Source: Phycisphaerae bacterium (GTDB taxonomy: Bacteria > Planctomycetota > Phycisphaerae > FEN-1346 > JAACEH01). From it: a DNA stretch of 64,000 bases. The notes under the pieces were generated by a model. That model did no database searches, was not told the DNA's origin, and was given only the letters and a program-made list of their open reading frames with translations. The DNA lies in NCBI GenBank assembly GCA_041690105.1, contig JAWLHX010000005.1, positions 1,551-65,550 on the forward strand, written 5' to 3'. The number at the start of each line of letters is the position of its first letter. The stretch's first letter is position 1. Shown here piece after piece: positions 1 to 9,032 of this stretch. Position numbers and translations under genes: made by a program.

Positions 1-519
1 ATTGCGATATGCTGCGATGGCCGCGGGCAAGGCTTCCTTGGCCCTTGGGGCCATGGCTTCGTTGCGGGCCAGGCGCAAGACTTCGGCGTGCAGAATGGCG
101 TCGGGCGACTTCTGGCCGGCAATAACGCCCAGCACGGCCAGTTGCACCTCTGGCCGATCGGTTCGCTGCAGGGCGGCCGAGAGAATGGCCCGGGCGGCAT
201 CGCTGTTGCGATTCATAAGCAGCACGGCCGCATCCTGCCGATTAGCCGGCGTCGATTCGGGCCGCGTAAGTATGGCCTCAACCAGGCGCAATTCGTTTTC
301 GGCACTGTCGTCAGTAACTGGTTCCTGGGTGGGAGTTTCAACCGGGACTTCGGTGGAATTGTCGGCCGCAGCACTGCCAGCGGGCTCCGATGGCGCCCCA
401 ACCTGCTCCGACGGCACCACAACCTGCCCCGAAAGCGGCACCGCGGCACAGCCAAAGAGCACCATCAGGGTGAACGATGCCAGAGCGACCAGATTGAATG
501 TTCTGTGCTTACTCAGCAT
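1..519 (-). CDS. Putative lipoprotein with helical (HEAT-like) region; runs off the window edge
   Basis: Not in the ORF track. Manual translation from ATG at 519: MLSKHRTFNLVALASFTLMVLFGCAAVP...ELRLVEAILTRPESTPANRQDAAVLLMNR..., open to base 1. Lipobox-like LFGC followed by a Pro/Glu/Thr-rich linker. Confidence 0.7.
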   Translation of the reverse strand, partial: MLSKHRTFNLVALASFTLMVLFGCAAVPLSGQVVVPSEQVGAPSEPAGSAAADNSTEVPVETPTQEPVTDDSAENELRLVEAILTRPESTPANRQDAAVLLMNRNSDAARAILSAALQRTDRPEVQLAVLGVIAGQKSPDAILHAEVLRLARNEAMAPRAKEALPAAIAAYRN

Positions 520-670
520 GTATCAGGACCCGTTGGTTCATTTTGAACTGCGATTGCCGATTCCCTGTTTATTCCAGACGTCCACCTGCTGCTATTATTC
601 GGCCATATCCTGGCTATGGCACCCGCAAAAGTCTGTTGCAGAACATCCGGCGGCAAGCCAGCGGCCACAA

Positions 671-2959
671 TTATTCCGCCGGCGGCAACTTCTGCGAGCT
701 GAAGCTGTCCACCTTGACTTCATCGGCATCCGAGCGCGAAACAAGATAATAAAGCAGATCCACCGTCTGTTCGCCCTGCAGGATGACCCGTGGCGGTATC
801 GATTTCTCGAAAACTTCCTGGCCTTTCAGCCTGACCGAGAGCGGCGCTATGGCGTTGGCCGACTTACCCTCGGCCAGCACCTTTACCTGTCCCGGCTCCA
901 CGTAATAATAGCTACGATCATCGGACTTCGAAGGGCTAAATAATAATTGCACTAAAACGTATTGGCCGCCAACGCCGGCATCGGTCTTCATTACGCGGGT
1001 GCCAATGGTGACCTCCGGCAGAACCTGCACTTTGCTGACCCGCAGCCCGTGGCTGCTGGAGCGGGCCTGGCGACTATCGAGCTGCAGATACCACTCGGGA
1101 GCGGTCTCGGGCAGGTCGCCGGCCAAGGACCAGGCAACATCGCGGAAGTTCGTGCCGCGCTTCACCTGAGACACAAACTGTACCTTGGCGGTAGCCCCCT
1201 TTGTAAGCACCATCTGCCAGTCGGCGCTCAGCAGGGCCATCTTCTTCTTGTCCTTATCGTGCTTTGCTTCAATCTCCTGGCCGAGCCGGACAAATTGCCG
1301 TTTCGATGAATCGTGGTAGACGTAACCTTTAAGGGCGTCAGCATCGTCGGTAAAGTCAAGCTCATCGTTGAGCAACGACACCCGGAAGGCATCGCCCTGC
1401 CCCTTGGCTTTCAGTTGCAGATCTTCGCTTCCAAGGCCTATCGGAGCGTTACCCTTATTCTCAATTCGGGCTTCGACTACGAAGAATTCCTCGTCGCTCC
1501 CGCTGCTCAGGTCAAACTGATTCAGCCGCGGCATGCGGTCGGCCTTATCCACCGTCAGCTCGAGCTGGCCAAGCGTCGCCACGGCCTTGGGCATAAGCCC
1601 CTGCGGCGGCTCGCTGGAGGAGGTCCCCGCGACTACATCGTCCGAAGAGTAGCGCAAGGCATAATTCCACGGTTGGCTCAGGTGCGGAACCAGAAAAACC
1701 AGCGTCGTCCGGACCTGCGAGCGATCGCTCGCCGGAGGGAAGCGCCAGACGGCGCTGTCGGCAACAAAAAACAGCTCTTGACCATCGCGCAGCCCGCTGA
1801 AATCCTCCGGGCGCTGGTACGTAACCGAACCATCAATAACATGCTCGCCCACCGTCGGCGGAAGCTGGAAGCGGCTCTCCAAGTTGCTCCACGTGCCAAC
1901 GCCAATCAGCTTGGGCCGGGCATGTTCGAAGAAGTACCTTTGCTCGCGGCGGGCGGTCGGCTCGGGTTTCACCAGGTTGGACGACAGCTTGAAGTTGGCA
2001 AGTGGCACATCCATCGAAGCATCCGTCTCAGGCTGGAAGGTGACATCGACCAGCAGCAAATCGTGCCGCTCGGCCTCTGCCTCCATCTGCCCGCCACTCT
2101 GGTCCAGCCATTTCAGGTCGGCAGGCGATATGGCCGTACGCTCGTCGCGATCGATTTGCGGCGAGATAATCGCCGGCACAATCCGTGCACCTTCAATTTT
2201 AATTCGCAGGTTATCCTGAACCGACTGGCCGGCAATAAGGGCGGCGCCGATTCCGGCGCTGGAGGACATCGGCCCCTTGCCCTCCTGATCCAGGAAGGTC
2301 AGGGCAACGCGACGCCGGAAGTACTCGTAAAGAATGTCGTCACTGTTGCGGCCGCGATAGGGGTTGTCTCGCACGGCAGTGCTGGCAACGGCCAGAGCAT
2401 TTTCGGGGTAACGGTTCGGGTAGCGCCCCGGCAGGCCGGCTTCGTCGGTCGACAAGGCTCCACGGCTGAGCCCGCTGTACATGCCGAGCACCGCATCATC
2501 GTACCGCAGGCTCATGCGCTGCTCGCGGTCGCGACCATCGAAGCCGAATGGCTGATAACCCAGGACCGAGGGCGGCATGGGCATCATCTGGGCCACGACA
2601 ACCACAACGCCGGCGGCAAAATATCCGGCTACCACACCACCAACCGCCCCCAACGCTCCATCAATAAGGTCCGGCAGACTCATCCGGCGACGCAGTTGGG
2701 CGCCCATCAGCAGTCGTAGCAACCCCAAGCTTACGATAAACAGAATAAGCAAAGCCAGCCCATCGGCCCAATAGTACGATTTGGACACTGGGTCGGGGTT
2801 GCTGACCATCAGCCTGGATACCGGCAGATAAAAGCCGAAGGCCACTGCCCCGCTGACAATCACCGTCCACAGGCTCATTACGCCTGCCCAGGCGCCAGCT
2901 TTGAAATGAAGCAGAGCGCTGGCCAGCACTATTACTATGGCCAAAATCTCAAGGAACAC
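671..2959 (-). CDS. CvpA (colicin V production)-like membrane domain fused to a large soluble beta-rich region, 762 aa
   Basis: Four N-terminal hydrophobic helices with a CvpA-like pattern (D..LGAVGGVVAGY). About 600 aa soluble C-terminus with DUF4352-like segments (FFVVEARIENKGNAPI; YVLVQLLF). GTG start, TAA at 671. Confidence 0.65.
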   Translation of the reverse strand: MFLEILAIVIVLASALLHFKAGAWAGVMSLWTVIVSGAVAFGFYLPVSRLMVSNPDPVSKSYYWADGLALLILFIVSLGLLRLLMGAQLRRRMSLPDLIDGALGAVGGVVAGYFAAGVVVVVAQMMPMPPSVLGYQPFGFDGRDREQRMSLRYDDAVLGMYSGLSRGALSTDEAGLPGRYPNRYPENALAVASTAVRDNPYRGRNSDDILYEYFRRRVALTFLDQEGKGPMSSSAGIGAALIAGQSVQDNLRIKIEGARIVPAIISPQIDRDERTAISPADLKWLDQSGGQMEAEAERHDLLLVDVTFQPETDASMDVPLANFKLSSNLVKPEPTARREQRYFFEHARPKLIGVGTWSNLESRFQLPPTVGEHVIDGSVTYQRPEDFSGLRDGQELFFVADSAVWRFPPASDRSQVRTTLVFLVPHLSQPWNYALRYSSDDVVAGTSSSEPPQGLMPKAVATLGQLELTVDKADRMPRLNQFDLSSGSDEEFFVVEARIENKGNAPIGLGSEDLQLKAKGQGDAFRVSLLNDELDFTDDADALKGYVYHDSSKRQFVRLGQEIEAKHDKDKKKMALLSADWQMVLTKGATAKVQFVSQVKRGTNFRDVAWSLAGDLPETAPEWYLQLDSRQARSSSHGLRVSKVQVLPEVTIGTRVMKTDAGVGGQYVLVQLLFSPSKSDDRSYYYVEPGQVKVLAEGKSANAIAPLSVRLKGQEVFEKSIPPRVILQGEQTVDLLYYLVSRSDADEVKVDSFSSQKLPPAE

Positions 2960-2971
2960 GCCGCACCCTCC

Positions 2972-4756
2972 CTACTTTGCCGGCTTCAGCACGCGAAGCA
3001 GTTCTGTCACGCTGGTTTCGCCGCTGACGACTTTTCGCAATCCCTCTTCCTGCAGGAAGTCCTGCCCCTGCTTGCGAAGATGAGAACGTACTTCGGTCAG
3101 CGATTTGCCCGACGACAGTTGACGCCGGGCCTCGTCATCAAAAACAACTACTTCGTAAATGAATGTCCGACCGTGATAGCCTTCGTTGTTGCACAGCGGG
3201 CAGACAATAACCTCGCCCTTTTTGTCCACTGGTCGGCTTTTCGGCTCACGGTACAGGACCTCGACCTGCGAAGCCTGCAGATTGGCCTTGCGCAGAAAAT
3301 CAGGATTCGGACGATAGCCCTCGCGACAACCCGGGCACAGCTTGCGCATCATCCGCTGATTGGTGGCCGCACGAAGCAGGCTTGCTGCACTGCGGACATC
3401 GCCGCTGGCCTGCAGAAACTTTTCGATCGCATCGGCCGCATCGTTGGCGTTAAGTCCGGCAACCATCATCTTGCCTGCCGCCGCCCCGTTTATCAGCACC
3501 TTGGCCGCGGCCGCTTCTTCAAGCGTCTCGAGCATGACCACGTCCGGGTCGGCTCGCAAGGCAGCCTGCATCGTCTGGGCCACAACGTCGCCGCCCTGGC
3601 GACCGGCTTCCAACTGCTGAATGTCGGGGTATTCGATGCTGATTTGCGTCGTCACAGCCATTACGTTCTTACTGAACAGGTCGAACTCGCGCATGGCGGC
3701 GTACATGCTGATGAGCCGCCGGTTGTAATTCGGTGAGCCCATCAGCACCATTCCGCCTTGCGGACTGTTGAGGGCCTCGCGCAGGGCGGCCACCTGCTCC
3801 GGCCGCATACCCGAATCTTCCAGCCTCATCTCAATCAGCTCGCGCGGATGCAGCCGCATCAGCAACTGCTCGCCGCGGACGCTGCCGGCGGCCTCAACCG
3901 TGATGAAGGTGCTGCGTTCGCCTTCCAGCACAATGAGGCGGCCATTCTGCGGCTTTCGATGCTCCTTCACATCCAGATCGGCCAGCCGCTTGAAGAAAGC
4001 CGTCACGCCAGCCGCCTGGGCCGGCTCGACAGTGCCGCCGTCTCGCAGAATACCGTCGCCACGGTAGCGCACCTGCAACTGCTGGCCCTGCGGAATCAGG
4101 TAAAGCTCCTCGGCATCCAGGCGCAGGGCCTCGTGCAGCAAACGTTCTGCCTGCGAAAATTCCGCCTCCTGCTGCTCGTTTTCCGGGCGCAGGCGGATGG
4201 GGAAATCGTTCGTCTTCATGTAAACCAGTTTGAGCTGCTCGGTGAGCTGCGACCTGGCCGCTACATGCACGGCCCGTTCGGCGGCCGACTCACCCTCCTG
4301 CTCGCGACGGAGCAGCCGATTTTTGACCCGTTCGGCATGGGCGGCAGTGAAAATGCGAACCCGGGCCGGCACCAGTGGGTTGCGCCACGAGGCATACCAG
4401 GCCATCACACCGCCCACCATGGCCAAGGCCAGCAGCAGGCCGACAATCAGCCAGGGCACGACCAGCACGATGATCAGGGCCAAGGCCGCCACGGCCAGCA
4501 TGGTCGAAAGCCACTGCACGACATTCTTCTGCAGCAGAACCACGTCGCCCGCCAACCAGTTGCCGGTAGCCCCGACAACCATCATAAGCAGCACCAGGGC
4601 GATTATTTTCCACATGCTCAGTGCTGCGCCCTGGGCCAGGTCTTCCGTTGGCTCGACCGGCGAAGCGGCCGCCATGGCAGCAGGGGCGAAAACTGCCGCC
4701 ACCAAGAGGGCCAAGGTCACCATCAGCAGAACCGATGCAGCGCGACTTCGTATCAT
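2972..4756 (-). CDS. GspE/PilB-like protein with N-terminal TM helices and degenerate ATPase motifs
   Basis: PilB-type segments are recognisable (VRYRGDGIL, EHRKPQNGRL, ALRADPDVVM, QRMMRKLCPGC, CPLCNNEGYHGRTFIYEV, EGLRKVVSGETSVTELLRV). The Walker A position reads GSPNYNRR. Confidence 0.85.
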   Translation of the reverse strand: MIRSRAASVLLMVTLALLVAAVFAPAAMAAASPVEPTEDLAQGAALSMWKIIALVLLMMVVGATGNWLAGDVVLLQKNVVQWLSTMLAVAALALIIVLVVPWLIVGLLLALAMVGGVMAWYASWRNPLVPARVRIFTAAHAERVKNRLLRREQEGESAAERAVHVAARSQLTEQLKLVYMKTNDFPIRLRPENEQQEAEFSQAERLLHEALRLDAEELYLIPQGQQLQVRYRGDGILRDGGTVEPAQAAGVTAFFKRLADLDVKEHRKPQNGRLIVLEGERSTFITVEAAGSVRGEQLLMRLHPRELIEMRLEDSGMRPEQVAALREALNSPQGGMVLMGSPNYNRRLISMYAAMREFDLFSKNVMAVTTQISIEYPDIQQLEAGRQGGDVVAQTMQAALRADPDVVMLETLEEAAAAKVLINGAAAGKMMVAGLNANDAADAIEKFLQASGDVRSAASLLRAATNQRMMRKLCPGCREGYRPNPDFLRKANLQASQVEVLYREPKSRPVDKKGEVIVCPLCNNEGYHGRTFIYEVVVFDDEARRQLSSGKSLTEVRSHLRKQGQDFLQEEGLRKVVSGETSVTELLRVLKPAK

Positions 4757-4782
4757 GTGCCTGTCTCTCCCGCCTTCTGGCC

Positions 4783-5907
4783 TCAGCGGATAATTCCTTG
4801 CTTCACCGCAATGCCCTTCAGGGCCATTCGCAGCGCGTCCTGGTTGGGCGCATATTCGTAAGCCGTCTGATGATTAATCCAGCCCTTGCTGACAAGTTCG
4901 GCAAAGCTGGTGGTGAAGTCGATCATGCCCTCATTTACTCCGGCGGCTATCACTTCGCCAAGCTTATCGTCTTCGCTGTCGCGAATAAGCCGCCTGGCCA
5001 TGCCGGTGCCCATCAATATTTCCAGGGCCGGAACCCGCTTGGCCTCGGGCATCTCGCTCGGCACCAGAATCTGCACGATAATACCGGCCAGACTGAAGGC
5101 CAGGCTCTGCCGCACAGCCTTCTGCTGATCGTCCGGATAAAGGTCCAGAATGCGACCAATGGCCGACCCGGCGCTGGAGGCGTGCAGGGTGGCAAACACC
5201 AGGTGACCGGTCTCGGCGGCCTGAATTGCCGCCTCGAAGGTATCGCGGTCGCGCATTTCGCCAATCAGCACAACGTCGGGGTCCTCGCGCATCAGGTACT
5301 TCAGGGCCAACTCCATGCTCTCGACATCGGTACCGACCTCGCGCTGGCTGACAAAGGCCCGCTTGTCCTCGTAGAGGAATTCGATCGGATCCTCGATCGT
5401 CACAATGTGGCACGAGCGAGTCTGGTTGATGTGTTCCAGCATACTGGCGATACTGGTGCTTTTGCCGCTGCCCGTCTGGCCGGCAAAAATTATCAGCCCC
5501 TGGTGCATTTTGGCAAGCCTCTGCAGCGGGGCCTCGGGCAGATGCAGCTCGGAAAATGTGGGTATGCGACGTTCGACCCGGCGGCAACTGACGCTGGTGA
5601 AGCCGCGTTGCCGGAATACGTTGATGCGGAAGCGGTCGCCGTTTTCGGCCGTGTGAGCAAAATCGGTGCTGCCGATGCGCTCGTAGTCGGACTTCAGGCG
5701 GTCATCCATGACGGCCAGCACAAGTTGCTCGATCTCCGGGCTTTCGAGAGCCCGCACGCTTGTCTGCTTAATCTGCCCCTCGACCCTCAGGGCCGGAGCC
5801 ATGCCATGCTTCAGATGCAGATCGCTGGCCTTGAATTGCACGGCTATGCTGAGCAGGCGATCAATCGTCAACTCGACCGAGCGACCGTTAATCTCCACCT
5901 GCACCAT
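4783..5907 (-). CDS. pilT: PilT/PilU-family type IV pilus retraction ATPase
   Basis: ASDLHLK, Walker A GQTGSGKST, TIEDPIEF, Walker B DPDVVLIGEMRD, His box GHLVFATLH. Start reassigned to ATG 5907 because the longer ORF overlaps hisF. Confidence 0.92.
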   Translation of the reverse strand: MVQVEINGRSVELTIDRLLSIAVQFKASDLHLKHGMAPALRVEGQIKQTSVRALESPEIEQLVLAVMDDRLKSDYERIGSTDFAHTAENGDRFRINVFRQRGFTSVSCRRVERRIPTFSELHLPEAPLQRLAKMHQGLIIFAGQTGSGKSTSIASMLEHINQTRSCHIVTIEDPIEFLYEDKRAFVSQREVGTDVESMELALKYLMREDPDVVLIGEMRDRDTFEAAIQAAETGHLVFATLHASSAGSAIGRILDLYPDDQQKAVRQSLAFSLAGIIVQILVPSEMPEAKRVPALEILMGTGMARRLIRDSEDDKLGEVIAAGVNEGMIDFTTSFAELVSKGWINHQTAYEYAPNQDALRMALKGIAVKQGIIR

Positions 5908-5962
5908 CAGGAAAATCCCTTCCGTCGTCAGACGCCAGCGGCCGAGGAGGCCTCTGCCAAAG

Positions 5963-6742
5963 CTAGACCGCCTCCCGGTGTCGCACCGGAACTCCGCGGC
6001 CCTGAAGATAACCTTTGACCTCGGCAATGCTGAACTGCCGGTAATGGAAAATGCTGGCCGCCAGGGCGGCATCGGCCCCGCCCTCAACCAGCGCTGCCCG
6101 CATGTGCTCCGGACTGCCACAACCGCCGCTGGCAATAACCGGCACGCTTACGGCCTCGGCCACTGCCCGGGTCATTTCAAGATCGTAGCCATCCTGCGTG
6201 CCGTCGGCATCCATGCTTGTCAGCAGAATTTCGCCCGCCCCAAGGGCAACCACCTGCTCGGCCCAGCTTACGGCCTCCAAGCCGGTCGGCAGACGCCCGC
6301 CGTCAATATGAACTTCCCAGAAGTCGCGGCCCTCGCGCTGCACCCGTTTCGGATCGATTGCCACCACTATGCACTGCGACCCGAACCGGCTGGCAGCCTG
6401 GCGAACGAAATCCGGATTGCGCACGGCCGGCGAATTGATTGAAACCTTATCGGCACCGGCCTTCAGAATTTCGCGAATGTCGTCCAGCGTCCTTATGCCG
6501 CCGCCAACCGTCAGCGGCATGAAGCATCGATCGGCCGTACGGCGGACCACATCCAGTATAATGGGCCGCTTCTCGTGGCTTGCGGTAATGTCCAGAAAAA
6601 CAAGCTCGTCGGCCTCTTCCTGCTCGTAACGCTCGGCCACCTCGACGGGGTCACCGGCGTCGCGCAACTCAAGGAATCGCGTCCCTTTAACGACGCGGCC
6701 TTCCTTGATGTCCAGACAGGGTATTATCCGCCTCTTGAGCAT
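5963..6742 (-). CDS. hisF: Imidazole glycerol phosphate synthase cyclase subunit
   Basis: [67 protein letters not shown]. Confidence 0.98.
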   Translation of the reverse strand: MLKRRIIPCLDIKEGRVVKGTRFLELRDAGDPVEVAERYEQEEADELVFLDITASHEKRPIILDVVRRTADRCFMPLTVGGGIRTLDDIREILKAGADKVSINSPAVRNPDFVRQAASRFGSQCIVVAIDPKRVQREGRDFWEVHIDGGRLPTGLEAVSWAEQVVALGAGEILLTSMDADGTQDGYDLEMTRAVAEAVSVPVIASGGCGSPEHMRAALVEGGADAALAASIFHYRQFSIAEVKGYLQGRGVPVRHREAV

Positions 6743-6886
6743 TAAGACATTCCCGAAAAGAGTCGATTATATCTGTCGCAAAAGGGATTGCAAGCTTCCG
6801 GCACGGCAAAGACGGCCCTCGGGTGATATTATTCCTGCCGCGACACATGTCCGCCGCGCCACCCGGGGCCCAGCGGCCACCGCTTT

Positions 6887-7765
6887 TCAGCTCCTGACCC
6901 TGTTGCGGATTCGGCCAAGGCCGCTTATTTCGCACTCCACCACGTCGCCCGGCTGAAGGTAAATCGGCGGCTCTCGATAGTGCCCGACGCCCGATGGCGT
7001 GCCCAGCGAAATGCAATCGCCGGCCTCAAGAGTCATAAACTGGCTGATGTAACTGATGGTCGCCTCGGGGGTGAAGATTATGTCCTCGCCGGCATTGGCC
7101 TGCTGCACGACCTGGCCGGCGTCGCTCCCGGCCTCACCGTGATACAGTCGGCAGGTCAGGTCCATCTTCTGCCATGGGCCGGCTTCGTCAATGGTCACCA
7201 GCGCGGGGCCCATCGGGGCGAAGGTGTCCGGGCTTTTACCCCGGTGCCACTGGCTGGCGGCAAACTGCCAGTCGCGGGCCGATACGTCATTCATCACCGT
7301 ATAGCCGGCCACATACGACAGGGCCTCGCCTTCGGAGACCTTCTTGCACGTGCGGCCAATCACCACGCACAGTTCCACCTCCCAGTCGACCTTATCGGTG
7401 CCCTGGGGGATGACAATGTCGCCGGTCGGGCCGTTAAGGGCCGTGACTGCCTTTGAGAACAGCAGCGGGGCCGTGGGCAGCGGCTTGTCGTTTTCTTCGG
7501 CGTGGCTGTGAAAGTTGAGGCCAAGGCAGACGATTTTGCCCGGCCTGTCCACGGGCGCCCATAGCGTTACATCGGCAGGCAGCAGGGCCTCGGCCGGTAC
7601 GCTCTTGGCACTGATTTCACGCAATTCTTCCAGCCGCCCCTGGGCCAGAATATCCACCACTCGCCGCGGACCGGCAGGCCAGGCAATCGACAGATCGACT
7701 ATTGCGCCATCGGTCTGCAGCCCTGCCCGGCGGCCCTTCGAATCGTTAATGGTCACAAGACGCAT
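6887..7765 (-). CDS. Fumarylacetoacetate hydrolase family protein
   Basis: KIVCLGLNF, PLLFSK, DWEVEL, GYTVMNDVSARD, GKSPDTFAPMGP, GTPSGVG. Start set at ATG 7765 (MRLVT), which has a GGAG upstream. Confidence 0.93.
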   Translation of the reverse strand: MRLVTINDSKGRRAGLQTDGAIVDLSIAWPAGPRRVVDILAQGRLEELREISAKSVPAEALLPADVTLWAPVDRPGKIVCLGLNFHSHAEENDKPLPTAPLLFSKAVTALNGPTGDIVIPQGTDKVDWEVELCVVIGRTCKKVSEGEALSYVAGYTVMNDVSARDWQFAASQWHRGKSPDTFAPMGPALVTIDEAGPWQKMDLTCRLYHGEAGSDAGQVVQQANAGEDIIFTPEATISYISQFMTLEAGDCISLGTPSGVGHYREPPIYLQPGDVVECEISGLGRIRNRVRS

Positions 7766-7907
7766 AGCAAGCTCCTTTTCATGGGCCTCACCAGTCGCCA
7801 CTGCATCGCCGCAGATGGCCGGCATAAGGTGGTCAGCATACCATGAAGCCAACCGAGCCGCAAAAAAAACGTGCCCGTCCGCGAGGACTCAACTTATAAT
7901 GTGCCAG

Positions 7908-8372
7908 ATGGATCATCTTGATGAGAAGATTCTCGACGTCATTCAGCGCGGCTTTCCCATCGATCCGCAGCCCTACGCACGCATAGCCGAAACCGTAGGC
8001 GCGGACGAGCAGGAGGTCTATCAGCGCGTCATGGCTCTGCTCGATTGCGGCGTGCTGCGCAGGCTGGGGGCCAGTTTTAACAGTCGGCGTTTGGGCTTTA
8101 CCAGCACGCTGGTTGCCCTCCGCCTGCCGGAGGTAGAGGTAGCACGCGTGGCCGGCATGGTAAACCGCTATGCCCAGGTGACGCACAACTATCAGCGCGG
8201 CGGGCAGTGGAATCTCTGGTTCACGCTGATTTCTCGCAGTCGGCAGGAAATTCAGCAGATTCTCTCCGAGATCAGGCAACAGGCCGCCTTGGACCAGGCC
8301 GACATGATGGAACTGCCAGTGCAGCGGATGTTCAAGATCGACGTTCAGTTCCGACCATCCTGCAGCAACTGA
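7908..8372 (+). CDS. ahbA: Lrp/AsnC-like siroheme decarboxylase subunit (AhbA/NirD type)
   Basis: ILDVIQRGFPIDPQPYARIA, LRRLGASFNSRRLGFTSTLVA, VTHNYQR, NLWFTLI, LPVQRMFKIDVQF are typical of the AhbA/NirDL family. Confidence 0.8.
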   Translation: MDHLDEKILDVIQRGFPIDPQPYARIAETVGADEQEVYQRVMALLDCGVLRRLGASFNSRRLGFTSTLVALRLPEVEVARVAGMVNRYAQVTHNYQRGGQWNLWFTLISRSRQEIQQILSEIRQQAALDQADMMELPVQRMFKIDVQFRPSCSN

Positions 8373-8430
8373 TAATCCGCCGCCCAGGCGCCGTTGCAGC
8401 CGGTGCCGCATCCGGAGGAGGTATTGAACT

Positions 8431-9003
8431 GTGAAACCCGCACTTCCGCCACGCTCGACAGCGCTAATATCGGCCGCTGCGGCTCTTGTGCTCGTGTGTG
8501 CGGCCGGTTGCGATAATGCCCTCTCCTCACTCGACTACGTCAACCAGCCAACCGGTGTGCGCAAGGTTTCCAGCAAAGAGTCGGCCTGGCGATATGCCGA
8601 CGGCGGCCGCATCGAGGTGGTTGTCAACGAGCAATGGGAGATGCCTGGCGGCGAGGCCGTGCCCGATATTGATTACATCTATTTGCTGCTGCCCGACCAG
8701 CCGGGCCAGTATGTACTGGAAAGCGACCCGATAATTTTTTATCGTCTTGTTCGCCGCAACCGGGAGGAGTTGGTTTACACGCCGCAAAGCGCGACGGTGA
8801 CGCTGGAGCACCGCAGCAACGGCCGCATTGCAGTGCACTTTTCGGGCCTTCTTTTTGCCATCGGCCGGCCTGTGGCGCTGGACGGTACAGCCAAACACCT
8901 GGAATTCTGGCAGACGATCAAGCAGGATGACAACCTGGTCCGCCGGCTTCTGATACGTCATCACGAGCGTCTTCGCACGCTTAAACAAGAGATTCAGGAC
9001 TGA
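8431..9003 (+). CDS. Hypothetical lipoprotein
   Basis: Signal peptide ending in AAGC; follows ahbA-like gene on the same strand; no family recognised. Confidence 0.7.
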   Translation: MKPALPPRSTALISAAAALVLVCAAGCDNALSSLDYVNQPTGVRKVSSKESAWRYADGGRIEVVVNEQWEMPGGEAVPDIDYIYLLLPDQPGQYVLESDPIIFYRLVRRNREELVYTPQSATVTLEHRSNGRIAVHFSGLLFAIGRPVALDGTAKHLEFWQTIKQDDNLVRRLLIRHHERLRTLKQEIQD

Positions 9004-9032
9004 TCTATTGCAGACAGGAAAGGACAATCAGT

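Noticed and set aside
2-943. 313-aa plus-strand ORF and other long antisense ORFs (e.g. 1313-2719, 4621-6018, 11805-13562, 30142-31944, 36635-38170, 51556-53127)
   Set aside because: Shadow frames opposite well-supported genes. They are expected in GC-rich DNA and carry no recognisable motifs.
2972-4756. Calling the PilB-like gene a pseudogene
   Set aside because: Full-length open frame, retained Zn-binding cysteines and tight operon spacing argue for a maintained protein.
4783-6135. 450-aa extended PilT as given in the ORF track
   Set aside because: The extra N-terminal 76 aa overlap hisF and look non-coding; homology begins near ATG 5907. The same logic was used to trim starts of the FAH, murI, PEP-CTERM, propeller, Ku, ligase, permease and ArsR genes.
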